Positions 28,834 to 38,340 of a stretch of 64,000 nt of DNA are shown here, in pieces. The DNA lies in the NCBI GenBank assembly GCA_038253825.1, contig JBBSGT010000002.1, positions 685-64,684 on the forward strand, read 5' to 3'. Source of the stretch: Candidatus Levyibacteriota bacterium. GTDB taxonomy: Bacteria > Patescibacteriota > Microgenomatia > Levybacterales > UBA12049. Both the position numbers and the translations under genes were made by a program. A model generated the notes under the pieces. It was given only the letters and a program-made list of their open reading frames with translations. It was not told the DNA's origin and did not search any database. The stretch's first letter is position 1. Each line of letters starts with the position of its first letter.

Positions 28834-29832
28834 ATGACCTTTACCCGGGGAGAAAAAATTTATATTTTCGTTACCTTTCTCGTTGGCATGAGTATTTTTT
28901 CCTTACTTATTTTGCCTAGCCAAAATAACAAACTCCATATGAAACAGACACAATGGCAAATACAATCAATTGATACTATGAAATATTCTCGTGATATGGC
29001 GAAATATAATGCGAGCAATGTGAAATATACTACTGAGGTCAAAAAACAAGTTGCAGATATTGCGAATACAGGCGCAAATTATATTGCGATTGATACGCCT
29101 TATGATGACGAATTTCTTCCGGTATTGAATTTATGGGTATACACAGCAAGAGAACATGGGTTACATATATGGTTCAGGGGAAACTGGTCAGGTTGGGAAG
29201 GTTGGTTTGGGTATAATCGCATTGATGAGCAAACACATCTAGCAAAAACAAAGCAATTTATTAAAGAAAATAAAGATCTTTTTCAAGATGGAGATATATT
29301 TAGCTCCTGTCCGGAATGTGAAAATGGTGATGCGAAGCTCAATTTAGCTAATCAGCAGTCAGTTGCTGCCTATCGACAATTTCTTATTGAAGAATATCAG
29401 GCAACCAAAGATGCATTTGTAGATATCCATAAAAATGTCGCCAGTAACTATTTTTCAATGAATACAGACGTTGCCCGAGAGATCATGGATAGAGAAACAA
29501 CTATTCAGCTTGATGGACTTGTTGTCATTGACCACTATGTTTTAACGCCTGAGCAATTGGCAAATGATGTTTCATTAATTGCTCTGCAAAGTGGCGGAAA
29601 TATTATGTTGGGAGAAATGGGTGCACCAATTCCCAGTATTCATGGCGCAATGACTGATGAACAACAAAGGCAATGGCTTGAGCAATCTTTACACGAGCTC
29701 TCTCAAATAGGTAAATTAAACGGCATAAACTACTGGGTTAATAAAGGTGGTTCGACCGCATTATGGAGACCAGATGGTTCTCCCAAGCCCGCCGTAGCCG
29801 TCATAAAATCCTATTTCACCAAAAACCAATAA
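28834..29832 (+). CDS. Membrane-anchored putative clan GH-A glycoside hydrolase, paralog 1
   Basis: N-terminal TM; QSIDTMKYSRD, AIDTPYD, WFRGNWSGWEGWF, PECE, DHY, GEMG, GINYW. Confidence 0.6.
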   Translation: MTFTRGEKIYIFVTFLVGMSIFSLLILPSQNNKLHMKQTQWQIQSIDTMKYSRDMAKYNASNVKYTTEVKKQVADIANTGANYIAIDTPYDDEFLPVLNLWVYTAREHGLHIWFRGNWSGWEGWFGYNRIDEQTHLAKTKQFIKENKDLFQDGDIFSSCPECENGDAKLNLANQQSVAAYRQFLIEEYQATKDAFVDIHKNVASNYFSMNTDVAREIMDRETTIQLDGLVVIDHYVLTPEQLANDVSLIALQSGGNIMLGEMGAPIPSIHGAMTDEQQRQWLEQSLHELSQIGKLNGINYWVNKGGSTALWRPDGSPKPAVAVIKSYFTKNQ

Positions 29833-29927
29833 ATCTTATAAGACTTCTTTAGGCATCTCTATTCTTTGTACAAACCCATGTTATTTCTGGCTAAAGCTTT
29901 ACATTCTATGTACAATAAGTAATATAG

Positions 29928-29966
29928 TAATTCCCTATTGACAATTATATATTACTCTGTTACAAT
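29928..29966 (+). promoter_or_regulatory. Sigma70 promoter of the substrate-sortase pair
   Basis: TTGACA(29938)-17 nt-TACAAT(29961) with extended TG. Confidence 0.6.
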
Positions 29967-30026
29967 CCTCTTTACTAAACATATAGGTTTATTAAATTAT
30001 ATATAATCTATCTGTTAGAGAATACT

Positions 30027-30683
30027 ATGTATAAAAAAATATTATTAATGACACCAATCGCTGCGACACTCTTTATGAGTGCAGCTCTTCCTGTGTACGC
30101 AAATCCTATTCCACAATTCGGATCATGTGTTAATCCACAATGGGCACAAACTCAAGTTAATTATGGAGATAGTCATGGTGTCGTTGGTGTCAATAAATTT
30201 CCTGGTGTAGACAGTATTTATTCTTCAAATGGAAATACGATGCAATGCCTCTGTACGAATACAGGTGAAGGTTACCAAACAAATTGGTTAAAAGCCTCAA
30301 ACTATTCTCATGATCAAATTGAATCCTTGCAAGCACAAGGTTGGATCTATATATCGGAAGCAGAAGCTAAGGATAGCTGGGGTTTGGAATCAGGTCCTTA
30401 TCTTGCGAAAAATGAGACCTATGCATGCACAGCTTGTACACCAACTCCTACCGTAACACCCACAGGTACGCTTACTCCTACACCAACAGTGACAACACCC
30501 GGACCAACAGCAACACCAGGACCCGGCGCTACTGCAACGCCTGAAACAAAAGTACAAGGTGCCTCTGCAAACAACAATAATGTCTTGGCTTCCACAGGAA
30601 ATGCTTTAGTTATCTACGTTTCACTCCTTGCCGGAGCAGTATCCTTGATCTTGGGATTGTTCCTGAAAAAGTTTGGTAAATAA
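30027..30683 (+). CDS. Secreted Cys-containing protein with Pro/Thr linker and sortase sorting signal (LASTG)
   Basis: Signal peptide (PVYA), five Cys, PTPTVTPT linker, VQGA, then LASTG + TM + KKFGK. Confidence 0.8.
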   Translation: MYKKILLMTPIAATLFMSAALPVYANPIPQFGSCVNPQWAQTQVNYGDSHGVVGVNKFPGVDSIYSSNGNTMQCLCTNTGEGYQTNWLKASNYSHDQIESLQAQGWIYISEAEAKDSWGLESGPYLAKNETYACTACTPTPTVTPTGTLTPTPTVTTPGPTATPGPGATATPETKVQGASANNNNVLASTGNALVIYVSLLAGAVSLILGLFLKKFGK

Positions 30684-30687
30684 AAGT

Positions 30688-31224
30688 ATGAAACTGCTTG
30701 CCCGTCTCTTCATCATCGCTGGAATTTTTTTGTATGCTTTTGCTGTCTATCAAATTGCTTTGCGGGAAAATCCAAAACGTTTAGCGTTTGACAATTATAT
30801 CTACGGTCAAAACCACAGTGTTAATGATAAAAATCTTCCTACAGAAATTACTATAAAAGACCTCGATATTGATATTCCAGTGTATCCATCAATGGTAACA
30901 AACAATCAGTGGCAGACAACTAATGCCGGCGCATCTTATCTGACTTCTTCTCCTTTACCTGGGGCAAAAGGAAACAGTATTGTTTATGCTCATAATTGGC
31001 GAAGCCTTTTTGGTAATTTAGTTAACGCACACATTGGAGAACAAGTTAGCGTAACCTATCCAAATAAAACGAAGAAAATATTTGTTATTGCTTATACATC
31101 CGTTGTGTCACCTGACCAATCGACAATACTTGCTCCTTCAAATGACAAACGCATAACTCTTTATACCTGCACAGGTATTCTTGATTCGAAACGATTTGTC
31201 GCTGTCGCAATCCTCAAAAGTTGA
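30688..31224 (+). CDS. Sortase
   Basis: N-terminal TM; catalytic His in GNSIVYAHN, Cys in TLYTC, Arg in KRFV. Confidence 0.92.
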   Translation: MKLLARLFIIAGIFLYAFAVYQIALRENPKRLAFDNYIYGQNHSVNDKNLPTEITIKDLDIDIPVYPSMVTNNQWQTTNAGASYLTSSPLPGAKGNSIVYAHNWRSLFGNLVNAHIGEQVSVTYPNKTKKIFVIAYTSVVSPDQSTILAPSNDKRITLYTCTGILDSKRFVAVAILKS

Positions 31225-31252
31225 AGCCCTACTCTCGTCAGAGCAAGGCTTC
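31223..31252 (-). terminator. Stem-loop between convergent genes
   Basis: Minus strand GAAGCCTTGCTCT-GACG-AGAGTAGGGCTTC; 13-bp stem with G-U pairs that form only on this strand. Confidence 0.55.
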
Positions 31253-31286
31253 ATAAATTCCTAGGAAAAAGATACGCTACTAGCTA

Positions 31287-31880
31287 TTAGTAAAGCGTAT
31301 TTGATGAACCATTAACATGGACAGTTACGTTAGATGTAACGTTTCCTGTACCAACTCCTGTTGTACCACCCGTGTTAAAACTTGAAGAATTACCTCCAGT
31401 CTTTGAGTGTGATGTGACACTTGTCCAGATGTAACTCAAATTTTGTTGAGCAACACTGACCCAGTTGTGATTAGATACGTTTACCTTGTTTGTAGATAAC
31501 GCACCATTGTGTGAAACAGTAACGTGAGTAGTGTTATCAGCTGGTGTCGGGACTATTGCAGTATTTGATGAACCACCAACAGTAACATTGACAGTACTGT
31601 TAGCATCTCCTGTGCCTATAATGGTACTTCCGCCGGTATTAAAATCAGCATTATTACCGCCAGTGTTTGCATGTGAGCTGACATCGGTTAAAACGGTGGA
31701 GTCATTATTTTGGGCAACAGTTGTATTGGTAGTATTACGTACCTGGACTGATGTGTCAGATAAAGCTCCATTATGAGAAACAGTTACATTCGTATTTGCA
31801 AAAGCTGCCGGAGAGACTGCCCCGAGAACAATTGCAGCAGTAGCAACTGCTGTTGTTAATTTAGCATTAAAATTGATCAT
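31287..31880 (-). CDS. Secreted two-repeat paralog of the Asn-rich repeat protein
   Basis: Signal peptide MINFNAKLTTAVATAA..PAAFA resembles that of 10278; two HNGALS...NTGG...TG repeats; RBS AAGGAGGTG before the ATG at 31880. Confidence 0.85.
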   Translation of the reverse strand: MINFNAKLTTAVATAAIVLGAVSPAAFANTNVTVSHNGALSDTSVQVRNTTNTTVAQNNDSTVLTDVSSHANTGGNNADFNTGGSTIIGTGDANSTVNVTVGGSSNTAIVPTPADNTTHVTVSHNGALSTNKVNVSNHNWVSVAQQNLSYIWTSVTSHSKTGGNSSSFNTGGTTGVGTGNVTSNVTVHVNGSSNTLY

Positions 31881-32208
31881 TCTTTTCACCTCCTTTCATT
31901 AGAATTTACTTCAAAGATTTTCGATTAGTTAGTATGCTTTTCAAAAAAAATAATTTGTCCTGTGTGTATTGAACCTATGAGCACTTATGAGAAATTTCTT
32001 GGCTCAATCTTCAAAGTGCAATACTATAAAAACAGAACAAACTCAGAGACAAAAGAGGCTGAGTTCCGCACTTCACAGAACCCAGCCTCAAGCACAAAAA
32101 AGCTTTTGAATTCCCCCAAAAACAGAACTCAAAAGCTTAAATAATTTCTACTTGGGCAGTTAATCATTTTGGTAAGTTTAGAATAAATTAATTGCTCTGC
32201 TTTGTCAA
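31881..32208 (-). promoter_or_regulatory. Promoter plus ~290-nt leader with tandem terminator-like hairpins
   Basis: TTGACA(32208-32203)-17 nt-TATTCT(32185-32180); hairpins at 32138-32100 and 32089-32055, each followed by T's on the minus strand. Confidence 0.6.
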
Positions 32209-32263
32209 TTGATGCAAATGTAATACAACTGTATCAAAGTATAATTTCTTGATAATCTTTGGC

Positions 32264-33094
32264 TTATTTGTTAACCTGAAGTATACAATGTAATCCATTA
32301 TGGTCAGAAAGATAGCTTTTTTTGCCACCAGCAAATCTCACAGGCTCGGTCAAAACCTGTGCATTTTTTGTAATTGTTAATTTTTTCGAAACTGTTTTCA
32401 GGAACATATAATCAATCACGGTGGAAGTGTGCGCTGTATAAAGATATTTGAAACGGTTAAAATAATATGTCACGGCTTCTTCTTTTGCGAAAATATCTTT
32501 TGCCTGCGTTGTCGATAAAAACGATTTATAAAGTTCAGAATATTTTCCTATGTTAAAATCACCCATGACAATAACTGCTGGTGATTTTTGAGAGTATTTA
32601 TTCATTTGTCTTGCCGCTTCTTCTGACTGACTTCGTATAAGCTTATAAAGCTTGTTTTTTGATGTTAAATCATGCTCAAGATCAGAGCTAAGATGTGTGG
32701 TGCATAACTTCAGCGCAAAGTCCTTTACGGTAGCAGAAAGCATGCCATTCTGCGCAATTTTTGTATAAAAAGGAATAGTTGCATTTGCTGGGTGAGTATA
32801 GGTAAAAAATTCTTGTTCGGATAACTGATATTTTGAAAAAATTGCCAAACCCCCACGAGGCCCCAAAATATTTTTGTGATATGCCACGTAAGGGAAACTG
32901 GATAATCTCTTTTTAAATAAATAAAAATTATAGTAACTGAAAAGCTCTTGTAAACAAACAATATCATATGATCCATGATTTATTTCTTGGGCAATATATT
33001 TGTAACGCTTTGTTATATCCGGAGCAAAAAAAGGCACTCCAAATGTATTAAGAGTAAGCAAAGAAAGTTGTGTTTTAGCTTCCATAGATGGCAT
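32264..33094 (-). CDS. Endonuclease/exonuclease/phosphatase family protein (sphingomyelinase-like)
   Basis: LTLN, DIVCLQE, TTHL, MGDFN, IDY, LSDH. Confidence 0.85.
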   Translation of the reverse strand: MPSMEAKTQLSLLTLNTFGVPFFAPDITKRYKYIAQEINHGSYDIVCLQELFSYYNFYLFKKRLSSFPYVAYHKNILGPRGGLAIFSKYQLSEQEFFTYTHPANATIPFYTKIAQNGMLSATVKDFALKLCTTHLSSDLEHDLTSKNKLYKLIRSQSEEAARQMNKYSQKSPAVIVMGDFNIGKYSELYKSFLSTTQAKDIFAKEEAVTYYFNRFKYLYTAHTSTVIDYMFLKTVSKKLTITKNAQVLTEPVRFAGGKKSYLSDHNGLHCILQVNK

Positions 33095-33160
33095 AGACTT
33101 GAAATTGATACGATAAAATTATACCATAGTGTTTTATGAGAAATTAGTGCACTGCGTTTT

Positions 33161-34135
33161 ATGAAAAAATTCTTTGGTTATTTTTTTGGCATCCTCACAC
33201 TAACACTTCTTCTGTCGGGAAGTGCATTGTGGTATTTATATGGAGCAGAGCTGCATAAATCATTTTCCGCTCTCTCTCCGGTTCCTGATTTTCTAATGCT
33301 TAGCAAAAATAACCAGGCAACACTCCTGGACCTTTGGTTTCCTGGTGTCCAGACAGTCCACGGAAATGGTGATGTCTCAGATCTTACAGCGCAGTCGGTT
33401 CTCATGTATGATCTGACCACTGATAAAATTTTATATGAGAAAGATCCAAAGCAACGACGACCAATGGCTTCACTTACCAAAATAATGACAGCAACTATAG
33501 CGATAGAAAATAAAAAGCCAGATGATAAATATCTTGTAACCAAAGACGATATTGTGGGAGAAGACAGTATGGGAGTAAGCTCAGGAGAGATATTATCCTT
33601 TGATGATTTGATTCATGGTCTGCTACTCCCTTCGGGTAATGATGCCGCAGAAGTATTTGCCCACAACTTCCCCACTGGCAGAAATGGATTTGTACAGGCA
33701 ATGAATAATAAAGCCCAAGCACTTGGCTTGAAAGATACACATTTCACTAATCCCTCAGGACTACAAGGAGATGGCAATCAGTACACAACGACTTACGACC
33801 TCCTTGTCATGACACGTTACGCTTTAGAACAATACCCGGATTTTTCCAATACTGTTGCCACAGCAACATATGATATTGCAGCGTCAAATAATCACAAAGA
33901 ATTTAACCTGGTAAATGAGACAAATCTTCTTACGACATATCCAGGTGTGAAAGGAGTAAAGACAGGTTATACGCCTGAGGCAGGTCTTTGTCTAGTTACC
34001 TATCTTGATTTTGAGGGACACCGAATTATTGGTATTATTTTAAATAGTCAGAACCGTCGAGGTGAAATGAAGGAATTACTTGATTATTCTTTACAAACTG
34101 TCGGAGTAACGCCACCTCCGTATCAGGATAATTAA
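33161..34135 (+). CDS. D-alanyl-D-alanine carboxypeptidase (peptidase S11)
   Basis: SxxK (ASLTK), SGN, KTG, FTNPSGL. Confidence 0.93.
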   Translation: MKKFFGYFFGILTLTLLLSGSALWYLYGAELHKSFSALSPVPDFLMLSKNNQATLLDLWFPGVQTVHGNGDVSDLTAQSVLMYDLTTDKILYEKDPKQRRPMASLTKIMTATIAIENKKPDDKYLVTKDDIVGEDSMGVSSGEILSFDDLIHGLLLPSGNDAAEVFAHNFPTGRNGFVQAMNNKAQALGLKDTHFTNPSGLQGDGNQYTTTYDLLVMTRYALEQYPDFSNTVATATYDIAASNNHKEFNLVNETNLLTTYPGVKGVKTGYTPEAGLCLVTYLDFEGHRIIGIILNSQNRRGEMKELLDYSLQTVGVTPPPYQDN

Positions 34136-34187
34136 GATTCAGTATAGTACATGAATATATTTACCCTCCGTGCTATACTGGAGTTAT

Positions 34188-34823
34188 ATGACAGCCGCGC
34201 TTATTTCTTTTATTGATAAACTGCAAGACTTTTTAGCCAATTTTTTAGTAAGCCAAATTTATCTTGCACCGATTTTCATTTTAGTACTTGAAGAAATGGG
34301 TATTCCGCTTCCCTTTGCAGATGTCGTGATCGCATATACGGGTTATCAAGTTGCAATAGGACGTATTCCCTATTTTGTTGCTTATCTTGTCTTACTTGTT
34401 TCAGATATTTTGGGAGCAACTATTCTCTATCTTATTGCAAGACATTATGGAAGAAAAGTAATTGATAAATTTGGGAAATATATTGATCTTGATCAGAAAA
34501 AATTTACCGCTGTGGAAGAAAAGTTTCGTAAATATGGTCCAGTTGTGATTATTATCGGAAGACATATTATTGGTTTTAAAATCCCTATCACCCTCTTTTC
34601 CGGTATCTCGAAAATGCGTTATCGTACTTTTGCAATAAGTGTCCTGATCTCAGATAGTTTTTGGATTCCTTTCTATCTTTCACTTGGTGAAAAACTTGGA
34701 CCCAAGACACTTCATTTACTCCATGATCATCACTGGTATGTATTACTCTTCCTCTTTCCTATTATTGTCGCGATTATGCCGTTCTTCCTTATGCGCAAGA
34801 ATAAGCATTTTAATTTATTTTAG
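34188..34823 (+). CDS. DedA family membrane protein
   Basis: LEEMGIPLP, YLIARHYG, FRKYG...GRHIIG. Confidence 0.88.
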   Translation: MTAALISFIDKLQDFLANFLVSQIYLAPIFILVLEEMGIPLPFADVVIAYTGYQVAIGRIPYFVAYLVLLVSDILGATILYLIARHYGRKVIDKFGKYIDLDQKKFTAVEEKFRKYGPVVIIIGRHIIGFKIPITLFSGISKMRYRTFAISVLISDSFWIPFYLSLGEKLGPKTLHLLHDHHWYVLLFLFPIIVAIMPFFLMRKNKHFNLF

Positions 34824-35077
34824 ATTTTACAAACTCACTTTTACTCATTAATAATTAAATTTCTATGAAAATTATCATCAGCTGACATTTGCGATGGAGA
34901 CAAATTTTAAAGAAATATCATGTCAAGGCCACTGTTTATATCATTACAGTATTTACAGATGGATTTGATTTCAGGAATCAAGCACAAGTGGCTACATCAG
35001 GATACATTTAAGGCGTAGTAAAATTGCTTAGAATGAAAGTAAATTACAAAAAGTAAAAAGTATGCTATAATAGAGAT

Positions 35078-35332
35078 ATTATTACGAAAGATTTAACTCA
35101 AAAGTGTTTTCAATGCGGTTCGCCTCTAATTCTGGTCAGTAAGACGACTAGTCAGGTAGAGGGTGTCCGTTATCCACAAACAACAACAATATACCGTTGC
35201 TCGAATACCTCATGTCAGGAAGAAAAAGATAAAGAGACAGCAAAAAGGATCAAACTTCGAGATGATAAAATAAAATCGGATAAAGTTCGCGCCGACAAAA
35301 AACTTGAAGACAAATTAGCGGCAGCTAAATAA
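35078..35332 (+). CDS. Unannotated zinc-ribbon + basic coiled-coil protein, probable ATT start
   Basis: Open frame IITKDLTQKCFQCGSPL...YRCSNTSCQEEKDKETAKRIK...AAAK*. No ATG/GTG/TTG after the in-frame stop at 35054; TGCTATAAT at 35063-35071. Confidence 0.7.
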   Translation: MITKDLTQKCFQCGSPLILVSKTTSQVEGVRYPQTTTIYRCSNTSCQEEKDKETAKRIKLRDDKIKSDKVRADKKLEDKLAAAK

Positions 35333-35459
35333 TTAGACAAAAATAATAACGATCATAATAATCCCCAATACTGTAAATAATCCCACACTTACTTTTTTTA
35401 ATTCTTGACATAGGTGATAAATATTGCTTGAATTAAAAAAGGAAGAGTTTTCCCAGTAT

Positions 35460-36455
35460 ATGGCAAAGAAAACAAACAAGAATCAATTATTAAATAAAAA
35501 GAATGTTTATATTGCAGTAGCACTGTTTGCGCTTGGTTTACCTATTGCTATAGTTGCAAGCCAGCAAACGACGGTTACACAACAACACGCGTCACAGTTC
35601 AATGACCTCAATACGTCTACGGCTATTACACAAACAAATAATACTGATGGCACCATGGGATCTGTCGATTCAAGGGGGAATTTTTCAAATACATTTCCTG
35701 ATGTCTATTTAGGTAACCTGAGTTTTCTTGTAACAGATCCTCCTCAAGCGCCACATTATAGTGGAAATGGTAACACCTTTGGTCTTTCCCATAATCCAAC
35801 TTTAACATTGACTCCTGCTCCTACTATAGTTTTACCCACACAAGCCCAAGGGCAAATAAATCAAGGACACGACAGTAACGCTTCGACTTCTCCAGTACAT
35901 GGACAAAATACCTATGTAACGGATTCTGCAAATGGCCACAATGGGGGTCCTCAGGCAGTAACCTCTCTCCAAGTAATCGTGACAAAGGTTGAAGTACATC
36001 TAGCCCATATTGGTTTGCCTGGTGCAAAAAATCAAGCTTACGCATCACCTACTCCTGAAAAGCATTATGGAAAACCAGTCCGTACTTCCAATCAAGAAGT
36101 AGACAAGTGGGAAACATTACAAATTGGCGCTCCTCAATCACTTGATCTGGTACAACTCGCCAATGCACATCTATCAACTTTATTATGCAATACAAAATTG
36201 GTTAATGGGAGATATACAGAAATTCGACTCTATATAAGCAAGGCTTCTGCAACTCTAAAGGATGGCACAAAAGTAGACGTGGTTATTCCTGGAAAAGGTA
36301 ATATTGTGCGGGTTGTGCATCCATTTGTTATCGATTCAAGTAAAACAACATCTATAACTATGGACTTTGATGCACAAAATTCAGTTATCCAAGCTGGAAC
36401 GAAGTACATTCTCAAACCTGTGATCGCAAAAATGGTAGAAAAAGACGTAAATTAG
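35460..36455 (+). CDS. DUF4382-like exported protein
   Basis: N-terminal TM; VTDPP, KVEVH, DLVQL, GRYTEIRL, MDFDAQNSV, YILKPVI. Confidence 0.7.
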   Translation: MAKKTNKNQLLNKKNVYIAVALFALGLPIAIVASQQTTVTQQHASQFNDLNTSTAITQTNNTDGTMGSVDSRGNFSNTFPDVYLGNLSFLVTDPPQAPHYSGNGNTFGLSHNPTLTLTPAPTIVLPTQAQGQINQGHDSNASTSPVHGQNTYVTDSANGHNGGPQAVTSLQVIVTKVEVHLAHIGLPGAKNQAYASPTPEKHYGKPVRTSNQEVDKWETLQIGAPQSLDLVQLANAHLSTLLCNTKLVNGRYTEIRLYISKASATLKDGTKVDVVIPGKGNIVRVVHPFVIDSSKTTSITMDFDAQNSVIQAGTKYILKPVIAKMVEKDVN

Positions 36456-36526
36456 ACAAACCTCTCTTTAAAAGCTAAAAGTTCGCCAGCTTATCCAAAC
36501 TCTCTAGGCCAGGAATTTGTTATAAT

Positions 36527-37084
36527 TTGTTCGTGAGAGATGAAATTGAAAATTTAATTGCTTCAGTTGCTCCTTATGACAAAATGGAACAAGAACACAT
36601 AACTAATACTCTCCTATGGATCAGAAGTAAAGCTGAGATATTTAGATTGAAAAAACCTGACACACCGCCAAAACATTTAGTCTCCTATTTCGTTTTAGTA
36701 GATAAAAAAAAGAGAAAACTACTTTTAATAAATCATATAAAAACGGGTTTGTGGTTACCTCCCGGAGGACATGTTGAAAACAACGAACATCCTGCGGATA
36801 CTGTTAAACGTGAGATTCAAGAAGAACTAGGGATAAAAGCACTATTTATATTCGATGACCCTTTTTTCATTACGGTAACTAAGACTGTAAATATTGATGC
36901 CGGGCATACTGATGTGAGTCTTTGGTATCTTCTCAAAGGTGATATGTTAAAAAAATTAGAATATGACAAAAGTGAAATGAACGGTTATCGATGGTTTTCA
37001 TTTGAAGAAATATTACAACTAGCAATGAATAAATGTGATCCACATATGCATCGCTTTACAAACAAATTACTAAATTCTGTTTAG
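36527..37084 (+). CDS. NUDIX hydrolase
   Basis: Nudix box GGHVENNEHPADTVKREIQEELG. Confidence 0.9.
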   Translation: MFVRDEIENLIASVAPYDKMEQEHITNTLLWIRSKAEIFRLKKPDTPPKHLVSYFVLVDKKKRKLLLINHIKTGLWLPPGGHVENNEHPADTVKREIQEELGIKALFIFDDPFFITVTKTVNIDAGHTDVSLWYLLKGDMLKKLEYDKSEMNGYRWFSFEEILQLAMNKCDPHMHRFTNKLLNSV

Positions 37085-37200
37085 CTATACTTTTTAGTAC
37101 AATATGTACGTTATTTTAACTTGTCGGTGGTAATTTAAGATGTGAAACAATAATCATGGTTCATATTGCTTATATTTCCTCATTCTGATAAATTTAGAGT

Positions 37201-37866
37201 ATGATAGATGGAGGAGAGGATACGGGTCCTTCGCAAGCAGAAGTAGGCTCAAATAAGGAAAAAAAGCCTGGATTAAGATTATCAAGATGGGTTCGTGGAT
37301 TGAGAGGAAATGTAGATCGGCAGGCTGCTCCGGTTACACCTGTTGTTCCATCAGAGCCTTCTCCTCTTTCAGTTGAATCCCCTGCGGCGCCATGGCTACA
37401 ATTACCACGAGCTGGCGTTTCTTCAGGTGAGCTACTTGAAACACCAGAGAATCAAGCTAGCCCTTTTGTAGTTGTAGGATTAACTGATATGGAAGATTTT
37501 TCTCTCGAAGGTTTCTCTAAAAAGATCGATGAAAATAACCTCATTGATCTAGATGATGCTATGGGAAGTAATATGAAATATATAGTTATACGTCAAGAGA
37601 ATGAAGATCAACCTCCTGCTGATGCTTTATTTGTCTTTTCTGAAGGCGTACAGCACGATAGATTCTTAGAACAATTAACATCAATTGGTTATACGGGAGA
37701 AGCGCAATCAGCCGGATTTTTAGGCCTTACAACTGGTGCCACTCCTTCTCTGTTACTTTCTTCTTCTTCCAGTTCGCTGGATGATAAAGGAGTTCTCTCA
37801 AATTCAGCGTCAAACACTTATAAAATCAATAATCTGGCAAAAAAGTTGGATGCAGATTTGGTTTAA
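37201..37866 (+). CDS. Hypothetical protein
   Basis: 221-aa ORF with a disordered Pro-rich N-terminus; no family recognised. Confidence 0.55.
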   Translation: MIDGGEDTGPSQAEVGSNKEKKPGLRLSRWVRGLRGNVDRQAAPVTPVVPSEPSPLSVESPAAPWLQLPRAGVSSGELLETPENQASPFVVVGLTDMEDFSLEGFSKKIDENNLIDLDDAMGSNMKYIVIRQENEDQPPADALFVFSEGVQHDRFLEQLTSIGYTGEAQSAGFLGLTTGATPSLLLSSSSSSLDDKGVLSNSASNTYKINNLAKKLDADLV

Positions 37867-38340
37867 ATTTGCTTTTGCACTTATTTCTGAAAATAAATGG
37901 TTAGAATAAAATGGGAATAAATTCACTTTTAGTTAACTGATCCACATATTGATAAACTATGCACAATGTACATATCATTGACAATGGGATTACATAAAGA
38001 ATGAATTTGAAACAGAAAAAGTTTTCAAGACTTTCTTACAATTATTTACCTCAGTTAATGAAAGCAACGTTTGTTTGTAAAGAGAATTATTCTTGAACTC
38101 AAACCAATCTATCCCTGGTAACTAGTCGGAATAGTGTACGATTTCAGGAACTAGTAGCATGATATTCCGCAGCTCTATCTAATACGAATTGTTCGAATCA
38201 AGGCTCTCCAGCAAATAGGTTAGTCATAATTTACGAAAGTGGCTAAGCAAGCCGGAAAGAGAATAGCAATTTTGTTATATGAGGGTGCAAGCCTCAGTTG
38301 CGGAATAGATAGAAATAACCTAGAATACTATTCTGCTATT

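Noticed and set aside
31962-32144. 60-aa plus-strand ORF
   Set aside because: It overlaps the minus-strand structured leader and has no protein-like features.
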